Source: an uncultured Nitrososphaerota archaeon (GTDB lineage Archaea > Thermoproteota > Nitrososphaeria > Nitrososphaerales > CADDZS01). Taken from it: a stretch of DNA of 64,000 nt. A program made the translations under genes and the position numbers. Within the stretch, counting starts at the first letter, position 1. Each line of letters begins with the position of its first letter. The stretch lies in NCBI GenBank assembly GCA_963799845.1, contig CAWCYI010000006.1, positions 448,001 through 512,000 on the forward strand. Direction: 5' to 3'. The notes beneath the pieces are model-generated. The model made no database searches. It was given only the letters and a program-made list of their open reading frames with translations, and had not been told where the DNA came from. This document shows, in pieces, positions 10,620-20,186 of this stretch.

Positions 10620-11525
10620 TTAAGGCTTGGCTATCACCGTCACAGATCCGGTCATAAATGGGTGAATTTCGCAGTGGTAGCCGTAGGTTCCGGGCGAAGC
10701 GAACGTGTAAGTCCATGAGTTACCATTGTTCAGCAGTCCGGAGTTGAAAAGACCGGTGTCACTCGTGATGGTATGTATGCTGTAATCATTGTTAGTCCAG
10801 GTGACGGTATTGTTCACCCCGACCACAAGAGTAATCGCCGAAGGGGCAAAGTGACCAGCTGCGTTGGATGGATTGAAGGCACCATTTACGATAGACACTG
10901 CGACAGCGCTCGTTGCGGCTGTCGAGACTGGAGAGTATGCTCCAATCAAAGCTCCTGCGATAGCAAGGGCCGCGATAATGAGAGTAAGAGCTCCACTAAA
11001 TGATCTCGCACTTGCGAGATATGTCTTCTGATTCAAGCCCTTTTTGCGATTTGCAAAACACAATACGGTTAGAATCGCCACGATGACTAGCGCTGGTACA
11101 ATCGTGTCGGCAACGATGAACGTGTTGTAGTCGTGCGGATTGGACAGGGTTGGAATCCAAGCATTGAGCCCGTTTGCTCCAATGATGAAACCCAGACTGA
11201 CTAGACCGGCCAGAAGATAGCCCCACGTCTTCTGCCAAAAAGTGCCTATCGAGCCTATGACGCATAGTAAAATGAAGAGGACCATGATGTAGAGGAGCGG
11301 ATCGGAAGACGAAGAAAGTTTGGGCAAATCGGGACTGATCCCGTAGAGTAGATCCAAAGCAGAAAACACAAGGCCAATAGCTATCACCCAGATTGCGAAT
11401 GGCCTGCTGGAAGTTTTGCCTTTCGTCTCCTGAGCCTTGATAGACAGGCCAGAGTTTTGGTTCAACGCATCGGAATCTCCTTTATTTTGGGAGTCAGCGG
11501 TCGCTTGTGCTAGAGTCAAATACAC
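10620..11525 (-). CDS. Multi-TM membrane protein fused to C-terminal cupredoxin, paralog 2
   Basis: Hydrophobic helices, then WTNNDYSIHTITS...YHCEIHPFMTG. Confidence 0.85.
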   Translation of the reverse strand: MYLTLAQATADSQNKGDSDALNQNSGLSIKAQETKGKTSSRPFAIWVIAIGLVFSALDLLYGISPDLPKLSSSSDPLLYIMVLFILLCVIGSIGTFWQKTWGYLLAGLVSLGFIIGANGLNAWIPTLSNPHDYNTFIVADTIVPALVIVAILTVLCFANRKKGLNQKTYLASARSFSGALTLIIAALAIAGALIGAYSPVSTAATSAVAVSIVNGAFNPSNAAGHFAPSAITLVVGVNNTVTWTNNDYSIHTITSDTGLFNSGLLNNGNSWTYTFASPGTYGYHCEIHPFMTGSVTVIAKP

Positions 11526-11547
11526 TCTACCGATCCAAGAACAGCTG

Positions 11548-11592
11548 GTACTATATCACGTCGAATGTACGCTTATGTACAAATGTTTGTAC
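11548..11592 (-). promoter_or_regulatory. GTACA-repeat operator, copy 3, between divergent cupredoxin and RHH genes
   Basis: Reverse complement reads gtacaaacatttgtacataagcgtacattcgacgtgatatagtac. Confidence 0.7.
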
Positions 11593-11624
11593 AACTTCAA
11601 AAGGCAGCAGAGTGAATTTTTCGA

Positions 11625-12239
11625 TTGGGCAGGACAAACATCGCGGTCGATTATGGTGTGGCAGACGAATTGTCTCTTGAAGCTGGAAGAGAGAACAAGA
11701 CACAATACGCTCTCGCAAACGAAGCGCTCAAGGCAGTGCTCGAAGTAGCCAAGGGCGGAGGCAGCCCCAAGCAGATCTATCCTTCTTGGAAGTTTGTAAG
11801 TATGATGAAAGACGTGGGATGCATTGTTCTTCCTGAGGATCTGGTCGAGAAACTTGTTTCCAAGATTTATGCGATTGACAAGGACTGGCTTTTGAACGCC
11901 TGGTACGACGAGGGTTCAAGGCTCGGAGACTTTCTCAAGATGTCCGCCCTAAGACCAGAAGATCTAGGCGACGTGATAAAGGAGTTCCAGGTACTTCTCC
12001 CAGCACAGAAAATCGAGTTCAAGAAAGTAGCCGGAGAAGGGAAAGATTCATCCGGTTATGGCAAATCAACGTACGAGATCAGAGCAATGGGCGTAGCAAG
12101 CTCTGTAGAATCCACGACATGCGCTGAGCAGTTCATCAGAGGAATAATTTCTTCCTACTCCCTCAAAATAATAGAAAGCAGGATATCAAGGGGAATCATC
12201 AGAGTCAAGGCAGTAGAGACATACCCGCCGTCTTCATAA
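11625..12239 (+). CDS. Putative ribbon-helix-helix transcription regulator with C-terminal ligand-binding (V4R-like) domain
   Basis: N-terminal beta-strand TNIAVD plus two helices (VADELSLEAGRE, TQYALANEALK); C-terminal domain call is tentative. Confidence 0.6.
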   Translation: MGRTNIAVDYGVADELSLEAGRENKTQYALANEALKAVLEVAKGGGSPKQIYPSWKFVSMMKDVGCIVLPEDLVEKLVSKIYAIDKDWLLNAWYDEGSRLGDFLKMSALRPEDLGDVIKEFQVLLPAQKIEFKKVAGEGKDSSGYGKSTYEIRAMGVASSVESTTCAEQFIRGIISSYSLKIIESRISRGIIRVKAVETYPPSS

Positions 12240-12278
12240 TAAAATATGCCCTAACAAAAATACCATTGAAAGGTAGGA

Positions 12279-13127
12279 GTGCACATCTTGCAAAACGATT
12301 CGATGAAGGGGAGAGTATGCATCGTCACCGGGGCAAATTCTGGGATCGGGAAGGCAGCTGCAACCCAACTTGCTCGAATGGGTGCCACAACAGTAATGGT
12401 CTGTCGTGAGCTGACAAAGGGAATGGCCGCACAGGAAGAGATCAAAAGTAACACTGGTTGTCAGTCGGTAGAGCTCATGCTTGCAGATTTGTCGTCTCTG
12501 GATTCCGTTAGAAAGGTCGCGAGCGAGTTCAAAGGGAGTCACGATAGATTGCACTTGATCATAAATAATGCAGCGGTCGTCGAAGGGCACCGAGTAGTCA
12601 CAAAGGATGGTCTTGAAGAAGTGTTCGTTGTGAATTACCTCTCCCAGTTTTTGCTGACCAATCTTCTACTCGACACCTTGAAGTCGTCCGCTCCAGCGCG
12701 AGTGGTGAATGTCACATCGAGCGTCCATGCGCGCATAGATTTTGATGATCTTCAAATGGAAAAAGGCTACAACGCAATCAAATCTTACGGGCAATCCAAA
12801 CTAGCGCAGATTCTATTCACACATGAGCTCGCGAACCGCCTAGCGGGTTCCGGTGTGACAGTCAATTGCGTTCACCCGGGAGCCGTACGCACGCACCTCG
12901 GCGATGAGGGAGGCATTGTGGGAATTGGCATCAAGATACTCAGACCATTTTACATGACACCCGAGAAGGGGGCCGAGACACTGATTTATCTGTCAACTTC
13001 GTCCGACGTAGAAGGGATTACCGGGAAATATTTTTACAAGAAGAAGGAGAGATCGGCTCCGTTCAACAGGGATGATGCAAAGCGATTGTGGGACGTAAGC
13101 ATGAAACTCTCTGGCCTCCAATCATGA
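12279..13127 (+). CDS. Short-chain dehydrogenase/reductase (retinol-DH-like)
   Basis: TGANSGIG, INNAA, YGQSK, VHPGAVRT. Confidence 0.9.
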   Translation: MHILQNDSMKGRVCIVTGANSGIGKAAATQLARMGATTVMVCRELTKGMAAQEEIKSNTGCQSVELMLADLSSLDSVRKVASEFKGSHDRLHLIINNAAVVEGHRVVTKDGLEEVFVVNYLSQFLLTNLLLDTLKSSAPARVVNVTSSVHARIDFDDLQMEKGYNAIKSYGQSKLAQILFTHELANRLAGSGVTVNCVHPGAVRTHLGDEGGIVGIGIKILRPFYMTPEKGAETLIYLSTSSDVEGITGKYFYKKKERSAPFNRDDAKRLWDVSMKLSGLQS

Positions 13128-13134
13128 ATACATT

Positions 13135-13605
13135 TCATGGATGAGCCAGCGGTATCAGCAAACCAAGAAAAATGCCGTAGACGATATCCGAGAACAAACT
13201 TCCAACTAGTCCACGATTTGTAATTCGGATTCCTCCAGCAGATTCGATGGTCCTGCGCCCTAGAACATTGAAGAGAATCCAGAGCACGATGCCGTACACC
13301 ACAGTGTCGAATATTACTGAGAATTTTGCAAAAGGAATTAACGTGAAGAAAACGGGGAGTAGAAGGCGAAATGCGATTCCCGCCACGATTCCGTGGGAGA
13401 TGTGACTCGCGATCGTCCACGAGAGGATCGGCTTCTGCATGGACTTCCATTTCTGATTCAGCATGGATACCATCACCCAATTCACCTGCCACTCGACCAC
13501 GGCCTCCATGCCCCATTTTTTCCAAAATGGATACTCGAGCAGTGTCATGAGTACAGCACTAACCAGACCGGCGATGCCGGCCCACTCCAAATCGACAAGA
13601 ATCAT
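13135..13605 (-). CDS. 4-TM hypothetical membrane protein, tandem paralog A
   Basis: AGL..A..MT..E.PF.KKWGM..V.EWQV and I.I.NRGL..SL shared with 13612-14088. Confidence 0.7.
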   Translation of the reverse strand: MILVDLEWAGIAGLVSAVLMTLLEYPFWKKWGMEAVVEWQVNWVMVSMLNQKWKSMQKPILSWTIASHISHGIVAGIAFRLLLPVFFTLIPFAKFSVIFDTVVYGIVLWILFNVLGRRTIESAGGIRITNRGLVGSLFSDIVYGIFLGLLIPLAHP

Positions 13606-13611
13606 CAGTCT

Positions 13612-14088
13612 CTAGCCTGACAATAGAGTAAGGAAGAGACCGAGGAAGATTCCATAGACTATGTGAGAAAGCAGGCTTACCAGCAAACCACGATTGGAAA
13701 TTCGGATTTGACCCAATGATTCAAAGGTCGTCTTGCCCATGACCGGAAACAGAACCCATAGTACGAAACTATAGACAGTCGTGTCGTAGAGTATCGAAAG
13801 CCTTGCGTCTGGAATAAACACGTAGAAAGTTGGGAGCAGAAGACGAAACGCGACGCTCGCGATGATTCCATTCAGTAAATGAGTTCCGACGGTTTTCCAC
13901 GGAAAACCGCTTTCCTCGATTAGATTCGTCCTGCGAAGAATGATTCTCGAATAAATCACGTTGTCCACCTGCCACTCGCCCACTCCTGACATTCCCCATT
14001 TTTTATAGAAGGGAAATTCCGATAGAGTCATGAAAACGGCGGCCGCTAGACCAGCTATTGACGCTTCGATTACATCTAACACTATCAA
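13612..14088 (-). CDS. 4-TM hypothetical membrane protein, tandem paralog B
   Basis: Paralog of 13135-13605; TM His motifs HLLNG and SHIVYG. Confidence 0.7.
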   Translation of the reverse strand: MIVLDVIEASIAGLAAAVFMTLSEFPFYKKWGMSGVGEWQVDNVIYSRIILRRTNLIEESGFPWKTVGTHLLNGIIASVAFRLLLPTFYVFIPDARLSILYDTTVYSFVLWVLFPVMGKTTFESLGQIRISNRGLLVSLLSHIVYGIFLGLFLTLLSG

Positions 14089-14157
14089 TGGGGTTTCTCA
14101 ACGACCAAGTTCAATGAGGGTTTTCTAGCAGTAAGATTCAAGATCTGAACATGATGT

Positions 14158-14964
14158 TCAAGAGCTTCTTACGATGACCGTCCCATTCATGTAGGGATGG
14201 ATTGCACAATGATAAGCGTATGTTCCAGCTGTTAAGAATGTGTAACTCCATTTGTCACCGAAGTTAAGCAATCCTGAATTGAAGAGGTTGGAATTGCTAG
14301 TTACAGTATGTATGGTGTAGTCCTGGTTCACCCATATGATTGTGTTGTTCACCCCGATTACCACGATGATAGAATCAGGGAGAAAGTGCCCGGCACTATT
14401 TGATGGATTGCTCGCTCCCGGGACAATTGAGACGGTGACTGCGTCGAACGTAGACACGCTTGGGGCGAAAAAAGCGCCATACGATACTCCGCCAACGACA
14501 AGTACCAACATTGCGACCGTCAGCACTCCACCGATAGACCTGGGACTGGTAAGAAATTTTTTCTGGTTAAGTCCCTTGTTTAGATTTACTAGACATAGAA
14601 TTGAGAATATCGCAACCAGCGCTAGAAGAGGAATACTGGACATCGCAATCGCGAATGTGGTAGAACCACTGGGTTTGGGATAGACTGCGAGGGACGGTAC
14701 AACGAACCCCAGACTGACCACGACTGACAAGACGAAACTCCACCTTCTTTGTGTTACAAAAGCACCGAACGCAGAGAAGAGGCAGAGTACAACGAAGCCG
14801 AGAACAAGGACAAGAAACGGATCAAAGAGAGAAGGTTTTTGCAAATCGGGAATTATGCCGTAAAGAAGATCCAATCCTGAAAAGATGAGTCCAGCGAATA
14901 TTACCCATACTGCGAAAGGATGCTTTCGAACCACGGACATAGTAAAACCATTTTGCACAAACAT
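14158..14964 (-). CDS. Multi-TM membrane protein fused to C-terminal cupredoxin, paralog 3
   Basis: PFAVWVI..GL.FS.LDLLYGI.PDL shared with 10620-11525; HTVTS...YHCAIHPYMNG. Confidence 0.85.
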   Translation of the reverse strand: MFVQNGFTMSVVRKHPFAVWVIFAGLIFSGLDLLYGIIPDLQKPSLFDPFLVLVLGFVVLCLFSAFGAFVTQRRWSFVLSVVVSLGFVVPSLAVYPKPSGSTTFAIAMSSIPLLALVAIFSILCLVNLNKGLNQKKFLTSPRSIGGVLTVAMLVLVVGGVSYGAFFAPSVSTFDAVTVSIVPGASNPSNSAGHFLPDSIIVVIGVNNTIIWVNQDYTIHTVTSNSNLFNSGLLNFGDKWSYTFLTAGTYAYHCAIHPYMNGTVIVRSS

Positions 14965-15183
14965 TCAGTGTCCATTTGTTAAGACTTTTCGACGCGACAA
15001 TCAAAACGTCGCCTTCCTTCGAGTGAGATACTAGGTAAGACGACTATTTGATGAAAGATGTACAACTATGTACTCGTCTACATCTGGCCTAATTAGCAGG
15101 CCTAAATTTGCAGAGTTTGTTCTGGTGAATGCTGGCATTGGACCCGATCTCAGGATAACTTTATGATTGCCTAACTTAGGGGT

Positions 15184-15870
15184 TTGATGCTCTCGGTGTT
15201 GGTTTCCTCCGGCCTTTCCTCATTAGATTCCGTACTAGGAGGGGAGGGATATCCGGAAAAATCAGCAGTTCTCGTTGTCGGACCTCCGGGCATCGGAAAG
15301 GAAGCATTAGGGTACTGGTTTACGCATTCGGGTCTGATCCAGAATGACTTTTGCCTCTACACTACAAGATTATCCGTCCGCGAAGTACTCCAAGATGTTA
15401 AGGCATTCAATGTTGACTTTTCCCAGAGGGTTCCGTTCTGGTTTGCGAGCGAAGGTGGACAGATTAAGTTCGACATCAACGACCTATCCAGCTTATCGTA
15501 CAACATCAAAGAAGTCCTGAAGAAAAATGCGGATCGCAGGATCAGGGTCGTAACCGATGTTATTTCTTCACTCCTGATGCTCAATCCTTCCGAGACCATT
15601 TACAAATTCCTTACTCAACTCTTTGCTGACGTAAAGCAGTATGACGCAGTGGTACTTGCGACGTTAGAAGAAGGGATGCACTCGCCCCAAGTTCTAGCTG
15701 CGATGCAGCAATTGTTTGACGGCGTCGTAGAGTTGAGACTGTACGAAGAGGGATTGAGAGTTCTACCTCTCTTACGAGTTAGAAAGATGCGAGGAGTACC
15801 ACCGCAGCCCGGTTACTACAATTTCTCATTCACGAAAACTGGAATGGAGATTAGCGCATATGGAAAGTAG
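15184..15870 (+). CDS. KaiC/RAD55-like P-loop protein, module copy 2
   Basis: GPPGIGKEALGYWF, RVVTD, RVRKMRG; very similar to 2643-3314. Confidence 0.88.
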   Translation: MMLSVLVSSGLSSLDSVLGGEGYPEKSAVLVVGPPGIGKEALGYWFTHSGLIQNDFCLYTTRLSVREVLQDVKAFNVDFSQRVPFWFASEGGQIKFDINDLSSLSYNIKEVLKKNADRRIRVVTDVISSLLMLNPSETIYKFLTQLFADVKQYDAVVLATLEEGMHSPQVLAAMQQLFDGVVELRLYEEGLRVLPLLRVRKMRGVPPQPGYYNFSFTKTGMEISAYGK

Positions 15871-16633
15871 TTCTGACGTCGAGAATATTATTCGAGTGGC
15901 ACTGCCTCTCGTACAGGCTGCGATGTTCGGATATGCGGCTTTTTGGGGGTTTAACATTAGGCATGCTCTGTATGTGAGACTGTATCGAAATCAGGCGCTT
16001 GGAATCGGGTTAATCGGATTAGCATTTGTATTTGTGACCATCGCGAACAACGTAATCGATTTCATTTATTCGAATAATAGTAACCTAGCCGGAAACCTTG
16101 TTGTTCCGGTTTATTATGTTGGATTTATCGTGATATTCTACTGGATAGACGCTTCGGTTCTCGCTGCGCGAAGATCCGACCCACTTCTGAGGGACACTTT
16201 TCATTGGACGCGGTTGCGAGTTCTACTTTGGTCAGTGATGATTATCCTAGTAGCCCTTGCTATGTCTGTCGACGCGTACTCATTATTGACTGGAAATCCC
16301 ATCCCTACAAATCTTCAGCCTCTCCCCGGAATCAATTTCCTTCTAATTCTTGCAACTGGCGCTGCCCTATTGCCCGTTTCTGCACGGAGGTCCAAAGACA
16401 TGTCTTTTCGAAAACATCTGGAGTGGTTTGGGATTTTCGCAGCCGTCTTCTTTGGTTTCATAGTCGAGACGATAGTGATAAACCTTCCAACTGTAACAAA
16501 TACGACTGTCATCTCGACGCTCGAAGCAGTTGTACCACTTACTATTGCTGCGTATTTTCTGTCAAGGAGTGCAAGATCACTTGTACCGTTGAACAGGCTT
16601 TTATTAGACGAACCTGACAGACCCAATGCCTAA
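15860..16633 (+). CDS. 7-TM membrane protein, module copy 2
   Basis: YAAFW..IRHAL..RLYRNQA, IDAS..AARRSDPLLR, ARRSKD..FRKHL.WFG, RSARSL.PLNR. Confidence 0.82.
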   Translation: MESSSDVENIIRVALPLVQAAMFGYAAFWGFNIRHALYVRLYRNQALGIGLIGLAFVFVTIANNVIDFIYSNNSNLAGNLVVPVYYVGFIVIFYWIDASVLAARRSDPLLRDTFHWTRLRVLLWSVMIILVALAMSVDAYSLLTGNPIPTNLQPLPGINFLLILATGAALLPVSARRSKDMSFRKHLEWFGIFAAVFFGFIVETIVINLPTVTNTTVISTLEAVVPLTIAAYFLSRSARSLVPLNRLLLDEPDRPNA

Positions 16634-16737
16634 TTCAGGACGAACGAGAAGCTAACACTGTTTGCGATATCTGTTGGTGCCTCTAAGCTTCTCAACTTCA
16701 AGCTAATCAACGGTGACACTGACTATGAGTTCGCGGT

Positions 16738-16827
16738 TCAAGCGTACTGCGTCTTGTTCTCCCTGCCGGCTTCAAGAGACAATTCGTCTGCTACACCATA
16801 ATCGACCGCAACATTTGTCCCACCCAA
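16738..16827 (-). pseudogene. Truncated duplicate of the RHH regulator N-terminus
   Basis: LGGTNVAVDYGVADELSLEAGRENKTQYA* is almost identical to the first 29 aa of 11625-12239. Confidence 0.8.
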
Positions 16828-16859
16828 TCCAAGTCCTCCCTTCGCAGGCATTTGGGGTC

Positions 16860-16904
16860 GTACAAACATTTGTACATAATCGTACATCCGATGTGATATA
16901 GTAC
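16860..16904 (+). promoter_or_regulatory. GTACA-repeat operator, copy 4
   Basis: gtacaaacatttgtacataatcgtacatccgatgtgatatagtac. Confidence 0.7.
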
Positions 16905-17040
16905 AACTACCCTCAGAACGCTCGAGTGGATTTGACTCCATTACAAGAGTTGAATGGATGCCTTTCTTGCGGCAAGAAAAGGAGACAAATAAAATATTCT
17001 CTAGATAAGAGCCCACAAACCATAGATCAACGGGAGGTAA

Positions 17041-17484
17041 ATGACCTCTGTAACAAACTGGTGGATCGAGGGAGGCCTTGAAGCCTTGCCAACCGTACCG
17101 CCTAAGCAAAAAATCGAAAGGGGTCCAAAGCAATCAATTCCTATCATTCTAGATCCAAATTTATTGCTTAGCAAACTACCTCTGAATTTTACGAAGACTA
17201 TGGTGAGCATCACAATAGGGTTGAGAGCGTTTACGGTCATTTCCACGTATCTAATGGTGGTACTTTATCGCGTTGCAATAGAGAATAACCCGATTCCCAA
17301 TAATCTAGGAATCGTCCCATACATGTTTTCATCAGCAACTATTGTTTGCCTTGCAATTTGGGTCTTGTATAGAAGAGCCCCAAGAGACGTTACCTTTCCG
17401 CTGCTATTTGGACTATTTCTAGTGACCGTGATGGACGCAGCAATGGATGCTACTACAGCTGTCAAAATAATTCTTTGGCAATGA
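17041..17484 (+). CDS. Hypothetical membrane protein
   Basis: 147-aa ORF with about 3 hydrophobic segments; GGAGGT upstream. Confidence 0.45.
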   Translation: MTSVTNWWIEGGLEALPTVPPKQKIERGPKQSIPIILDPNLLLSKLPLNFTKTMVSITIGLRAFTVISTYLMVVLYRVAIENNPIPNNLGIVPYMFSSATIVCLAIWVLYRRAPRDVTFPLLFGLFLVTVMDAAMDATTAVKIILWQ

Positions 17485-17787
17485 GATTAGGAAAATTCAA
17501 GGGATTCATTCGTACGAAGCATTTTCAAAGTGGCAGAGTCATCTCGAGTTGTCTTTTCAGAGCAACTCAGAGGAGAATCGACTTTTCTACAGCGTTGCTG
17601 AGCCGGGTTACCACGTGTAATTCTATATTCCACTATCAGCTGCTCCAAAATTCCCAGCAATCTGATTCAGCTGAATAGTAAATATACGACAGACGTTGTA
17701 TTCTATCAATAGCTGCTCTGCCGTCTTACGTTTAATTCAAACAATTGGAATCTGAAGAGTTGAACCTTGATCTACAAATTTGCTTTA

Positions 17788-18456
17788 TCAAACTAATTTT
17801 GAGTGCTTGAGATTTAGACGATAAACCTCAATCGGAATCTTAACATTCTTCAGCTTTTTCTTTCCAAGACTAGAAAACCGCATATTCAATTTGTTCCTTA
17901 CCTGAGAGTAAACCTGTTCAGTGACGCATACGGATCCCGGCACGCAGAGCGGCCCAATCCTGGACGCTACGTTAACGGCATCCCCCAACACATCATTGTT
18001 CCTGTGAATCACGTCTCCAAGGTGTACTCCAATTTTTAGAAGAAGCTTCTTTTCACTTGGGTGGTCCATGTTGAAATCGTTTACTGAACCTTGAATGTCG
18101 ATCGTACATTGCACTGCCTCAAGAGCACTCGCAAATTCAACGAGAAACGCATCACCCATCGTCTTTATTTCTCTTCCATTGTGCTTTCGAAAAATCGGTC
18201 GCAATAGCAATCTATGTTCTTCAAGAAGGTTTAGAGCAATGACTTCATTCTTCTGGGACAGAGCGGTATACCCGGTCATATCCGTGAACATGATTGCGGC
18301 CAGTCTTCTCTCATCGTCTTGGGTTGTTGCTGGCTCTACAAGCTTGTGCTGTTCAGTCCCGTTATTCTTAGAAGATTTCCATCTTTTGAGAAGAGTTTTC
18401 TCTTCGGCCGTAACTTTGTCTGCACTTACTGAACCATCTTTATCTGAGACACCCAT
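17788..18456 (-). CDS. Class III adenylate/guanylate cyclase (stand-alone catalytic domain)
   Basis: RRLAAIMFTDMTGYT, KTMGDAF, IGVHLGDV, DVLGDAVNVASRI, LKNV. Confidence 0.88.
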   Translation of the reverse strand: MGVSDKDGSVSADKVTAEEKTLLKRWKSSKNNGTEQHKLVEPATTQDDERRLAAIMFTDMTGYTALSQKNEVIALNLLEEHRLLLRPIFRKHNGREIKTMGDAFLVEFASALEAVQCTIDIQGSVNDFNMDHPSEKKLLLKIGVHLGDVIHRNNDVLGDAVNVASRIGPLCVPGSVCVTEQVYSQVRNKLNMRFSSLGKKKLKNVKIPIEVYRLNLKHSKLV

Positions 18457-18670
18457 CTTTGAGAAGGCCCACTTTCGATTTTCTTGAGTTTGCCCATCCT
18501 AATATCTTTCATACTTATTCGCTGATTCGAGAAGCTCATTCCAGTTTCGAAATTTCCTATCCCGAGAAATCACCAAGTTAGCCCGAGGCTGTCTCACAAG
18601 TCAGAGAATTCTTAGGCCAATCCCAAGATAGATTTATCTCAATCCTAAACTCAGAGCGGGGCAATAGCCT

Positions 18671-19342
18671 TTGGCTTCGACGGGTATATCATCGCTCAAC
18701 AGTCTACTCGGGAGTGATGGTTATCCAGACAGGTCAACAATTCTCATTGTTGGCCCTCCTGGAATCGGGAAGGAAGCTCTCGGCTACTGGTTCACTTACA
18801 CCGGCTTAGTCCAGAACGATTTCTGTTTATACAATACTAGATTATCTTCAAAGGAAGTTCTCCAGGATGTTAAGGCATTCAACGTAGATTTCTCTCAAAG
18901 AGTTCCGTTCTGGTTTTCGAGCGCTGGTGGTCAGGTTAAGTTTGATGTTAACGATCTTGCAGGACTATCATACAATATCAAAGACATTCTGAAGAAAAAC
19001 TCTGACAGAAGAATCAGGATAGTAACTGATGTACTCTCGTCTCTATTGATGTTAAACCAACCCGATACAATCTACAAATTCCTAACGCAACTATTTGCCG
19101 ACACAAAGCAATACGATTCAGTAGTACTCACGACTCTCGAAGAAGGAATGCATCCTCCAAACGTTCTAGCCGCAATGCAGCAGCTGTTCGATGGAGTAAT
19201 AGAACTCAGACTCTACGAGGAGGGGTTGCGAGTGCTTCCCCTCTTGAGAATAAGGAAGATGAGAGGAGTTCCCCCTCAACCCGGTTACTACAACTTTGCT
19301 TTCTCGAAAACTGGAATGGAGGTAAGTGCATTTGTCAGATAG
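18671..19342 (+). CDS. KaiC/RAD55-like P-loop protein, module copy 3
   Basis: GPPGIGKE, RIVTD, RIRKMRG; near-identical to copy 1. Confidence 0.88.
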   Translation: MASTGISSLNSLLGSDGYPDRSTILIVGPPGIGKEALGYWFTYTGLVQNDFCLYNTRLSSKEVLQDVKAFNVDFSQRVPFWFSSAGGQVKFDVNDLAGLSYNIKDILKKNSDRRIRIVTDVLSSLLMLNQPDTIYKFLTQLFADTKQYDSVVLTTLEEGMHPPNVLAAMQQLFDGVIELRLYEEGLRVLPLLRIRKMRGVPPQPGYYNFAFSKTGMEVSAFVR

Positions 19343-20102
19343 TTTGGGATTCGCACTGGCATTAATCATCGCCGAGATCGTGCCCGCTGCAATCGCACTT
19401 TATGCGGCGTACTGGGCGTTTGCAATCAGGCGAGCGCTCGCCGGCCGAATCTATCGCAACCACGCTTTTTGGCTGGGCGTTGTGTGCATCCTATACGCGG
19501 CGGCGGAATTTGTTACTTATAGCAACAATGCTATCGTCCAAGATGCTCTCGGTATCTTTTATTTGATTTTGAATCCGGTTATATTCGCGTTTATCGATTC
19601 CACGGTGCGCGTTGCCCGACGATCGGACCCGCTCCTCCGCACTGTGCTCCGCTGGGAGAAGCTTCGCATAGTGCTCTGGATTGATGAGATCGCCCTCGCA
19701 ATCTTATTGGCTTCTATGTTTGACCCTTCAATCATTGCGAGTATCAATCCAGCTGTGGGAGGCCTTCTGTTCATTATCTTGATATCAATCCCATACATCG
19801 GGGGAACGCCCGCCTTGCTTATTGGAGCCAGAAGGTCCAGGGACCCTGTGCTTCGAAGAAGTCTGAAGTGGCTGGGTGTGTTCTTTCTATTCTTTCTCGG
19901 ATATTTGTTGGAGTTCGGCATAATCCAACTTATCATCCCTGGTATCAGCCAATTTGAACTGTATTATTCGTACACTGCCATTCCCGGTGGGATCATCGGA
20001 ATCTTGGGAGCATACGCTATCTACAAGAGCGCCCGGTCTCTCGCGCCAATAAATCGCATGTCATTAGAAGTTGAGCCCAAAGTGGAACCTCCCCGGGCCT
20101 AA
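19332..20102 (+). CDS. 7-TM membrane protein, module copy 3
   Basis: Seven hydrophobic segments; TTG start at 19332 by analogy with copy 1 (MSDSLGFALA). Confidence 0.85.
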   Translation: MSDSLGFALALIIAEIVPAAIALYAAYWAFAIRRALAGRIYRNHAFWLGVVCILYAAAEFVTYSNNAIVQDALGIFYLILNPVIFAFIDSTVRVARRSDPLLRTVLRWEKLRIVLWIDEIALAILLASMFDPSIIASINPAVGGLLFIILISIPYIGGTPALLIGARRSRDPVLRRSLKWLGVFFLFFLGYLLEFGIIQLIIPGISQFELYYSYTAIPGGIIGILGAYAIYKSARSLAPINRMSLEVEPKVEPPRA

Positions 20103-20186
20103 TTCGATCCCTCCACTGTACAGCTAGGGGATATTAATTTAGGTCAGCGAGCAGTTGGCTTCCACATAATATAAGTTGGTGAGCTT

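Noticed and set aside
19332-20102. 7-TM proteins as microbial rhodopsins or heliorhodopsins
   Set aside because: No conserved retinal-binding Lys in mid-TM7 (the K of YKSA is R or other residues in paralogs and lies at the helix end) and no RYxDW-type TM3 motif
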